Shown in pieces: positions 61,416 through 64,000 of a DNA stretch of 64,000 nucleotides (position 1 is the first letter of the stretch; every line of letters begins with the position of its first letter). Made by a program: the position numbers and the translations under genes. The notes under the pieces were generated by a model. The model was not told where the DNA came from, ran no database searches, and saw only the letters and a program-made list of their open reading frames with translations. Origin of the DNA: Eledone cirrhosa (lineage: Eukaryota); contig OZ024742.1 of the NCBI GenBank assembly GCA_964016885.1, forward strand, positions 294,004,001 through 294,068,000, in the 5' to 3' direction.

Positions 61416-61599
61416 TGTTTCTACTTTTGGCACAAGGCCAGCAATTACCCAGTTCATTACTGGTACTTTATTTTATCGACCCGGTAAGGATGAAAAGGCA
61501 AAGTTAACCTCGACGGGATTTGAACTCAGACCGTAAAGGGACGTAACTATGCTGGAAAGCATGGCGTCCGACCCTCTACCGATACTGCCAATTCACCAG
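61416..61599 (-). mobile_element. SINE family B with ~18-bp TSD
   Basis: CATTT(C/T)TAATGAAATAAT on both sides. Confidence 0.85.
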
Positions 61600-64000
61600 C
61601 ATTTTTAATGAAATAATGAAGAATGTTGAGTTACCTACTAAAATTATTACTTATTTCATTATTACAATAATAACTTAATTTCTCATTGTTCCAGTTAAGT
61701 CAACTTGAAATGAGTATTAACAGTAGCAGCTGGAGGTTAATCCTGTGAAGGACTGGCTTCCTGTTCAGTGAGAAGTCTTGTACTTTGACAATATAACGAG
61801 GACAAACTCTGGCTTGGTGAGCCTCTAGACCTGAGACAGACTTCAAAATACATTCAAATTCTTCATGAATCAATTCAAATGCTGTGTATTTTATTATAAA
61901 TATGGTCACAAAAGGGTTAATTAAATGTAAGCTAAAAAGTTAGGTCTGTAAAAGCAACTTGAGAGGTCACTTGAAGGGTAATCTAATTAGTTAAGAAAGT
62001 GACAGTACAGCAAGAGGAGGATGTTCTCAAGAGAGTCTGGGAACATAGGAGTGTCAAGTGGATGCTTTTTTTTGTCTTTTGTTTTACTGTTTTGTCAGAG
62101 AAGGGTAATGGCCTTGACCATTTTCAAGTCCTCTCATACTATTGGAAGGAAAGAAGGTACCCTCAAATCAAAGATCTGACCTGAATGCTTGCAACAGCAT
62201 GTACTCTGATAACACTTTGTTACCATATTTCTAACAAAAGATACTGCCTATGATTTTTAATTAATTTTGAAAATAATCAAATATTTGGAGAGGTTTAGTA
62301 TTATAACTAACTTTCTCATTATCTTAACACAAATTCTTACATATATTGAATCAATTTGGTTTATCACCGGAAAATTACAAAAGACAATGCAGAGGAAGAA
62401 ATATAAGAAAACTAAGACCAAGACATCTCAGTGGCGCAAATGACTGGAGAAGATATAGGTAGACTAGCTAAAGGTGTTTATAGTCTATGCCAATAAAGAA
62501 TCAATGTCTGGACCTTACACCAAGGGTCAATTTAATAAAAAAAAGGTGTCTAAATTGTTGTGTTGACTGTACCAATATGGAGTGGGTATATAAAGTATGA
62601 GTACCTTAGGGAGTCATTTAAATCTCAAAGATGGTAGCGTACAGTTGTTTCTGTGGAGTTGGGATGACATGGGGGCAGGACTAACACTACTATTAAAGCC
62701 AACTAGGCAGCAACATAGGGTACAGATTTCAGAAAAGTGCTTTAATGAACCTTAAAAGATCACAGTTTTATACATTATCATCATCATCGTTTAACGTTCA
62801 TTTTCCATGCTATCATGGGTTAGATCAGTTGTCCCATTGTGAGACAGCCAGGTCAGATGACCATGTCTTTCTCATACAGAACTGATTCTGGCTTGGTTTT
62901 TATGGTTGGATGCCCTTCCTAATGTTAACCACATTTACAGTGTGTACTGGGTGGCTTTTTGTCATGACACCTACATGACTACATTACATTGTGTGCTGGG
63001 TGCTTTTTGTGGTGACACCTACACAACTACTTTACAGTGTGGACTAGATTTGTATAATTAATTTGAATATATAATAATTTCCAGCAATCAATAAATTAAT
63101 CAGATAAACATCTTTGCCACATAGCTGCATTGTAGAAATATGCCAACCCATTGGAGAGGGCTGTATGATGTTATAACACTTAATATAATTTAACATAGGT
63201 ACGTGTGCACTGTGTAGTAGAAAATGGTCTGAGTAAGAAGTGTCAAAAACCCAGGTTTGTCAACATAGCAAACTCTAAGTTGAAACTAAGTTGAAATTTT
63301 GGCAGAAGGGGGCACACATTGTAGGACTAACCTCGGATGCAAAATACTCAGGTGATGACACTGACTCTAGAGGAAGTATGTGAGCACAAGCTGTTTCTAA
63401 TGGAGCGTTTAGCTGTACAACTCAACAGTCCTACCGTATTTTTTTTGGCAACAGTGGGAGACATATATAAAGTTATTTACTTGTAAATATAACAGCTCAA
63501 TGTGTATTGATCTGTTGTTACAGTTGAGCGATCATTGTATGGTCAGCATAATAATTACTTTTCTATTTGTTATTATTTAGACCCAAGTCAGCATTGACGG
63601 AACATTCCAGTTACGACAATGTTATCTAACCTTTATTTTGACAAAATCCAAACATTTTCAGCTTTAAAAAATTAACATTTCATATTTTACAGAAAGTGAA
63701 ACAGTAAAAAAACCATAGAGTTTATTTAAAGGAAATTTTAGATCTGCATAAATCTTTCAGGATTGTGCCATGGCCCAGTGTTCGATATTCCCTGAGTTTG
63801 AGAAGTATTCGTAATGGCTATTAAAAAAAACAACATATTACTATGTAATATTTGACACAGAATTAGTTTTAGAACTGCACAGCTGAAGGCAATTGGACGT
63901 TAAAATAAATAACTGCAATACTAAGGCTTTCATTATTGAATACATAGCAGCAGGTATCGGGAAAATGCCTCTGCAGTTTTGTCCGTGGAGCGCAGCCGAA

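Noticed and set aside
61100-64000. SYS1 first coding exon
   Set aside because: No WDP.LI..QI-like reading found on the minus strand; probably beyond the window.

Overview
AT-rich eukaryotic (metazoan) genomic DNA. The SINE/RTE/microsatellite content resembles coleoid cephalopod (octopod) genomes; this is an inference, not verified. Three host genes are recognisable. (1) An SRSF2/SC35 splicing factor with an uninterrupted CDS (4656-5603, +), followed by a long, nearly TE-free downstream region holding a ~460-nt fold-back, splice signals and a GCTG cluster. (2) A complete 12-exon CEP76 gene (23306-52252, +; 637 aa reconstructed by hand, all phases consistent). (3) The last two coding exons of SYS1 (-, 57275-58181). 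The rest is mobile DNA: a near full-length L1/Tx1-type retrotransposon in an (ATT)n tract in CEP76 intron 9, three large RTE-type LINE copies with a PHD-like finger next to the RT, two tRNA-derived SINE families, TTAA-flanked MITEs, hAT and Tc1/mariner-type MITEs, a non-autonomous Helitron and a Penelope-like remnant with a hammerhead core. The best leads are the putative SRSF2 3'-region RNA regulatory module, the (ATT)n-associated Tx1 stack with a possible SINE partner, the Cys->Ser change in the CEP76 transglutaminase-like motif, and SINE tail swapping. Repeat boundaries are approximate and family names come from recalled motifs, not database searches.
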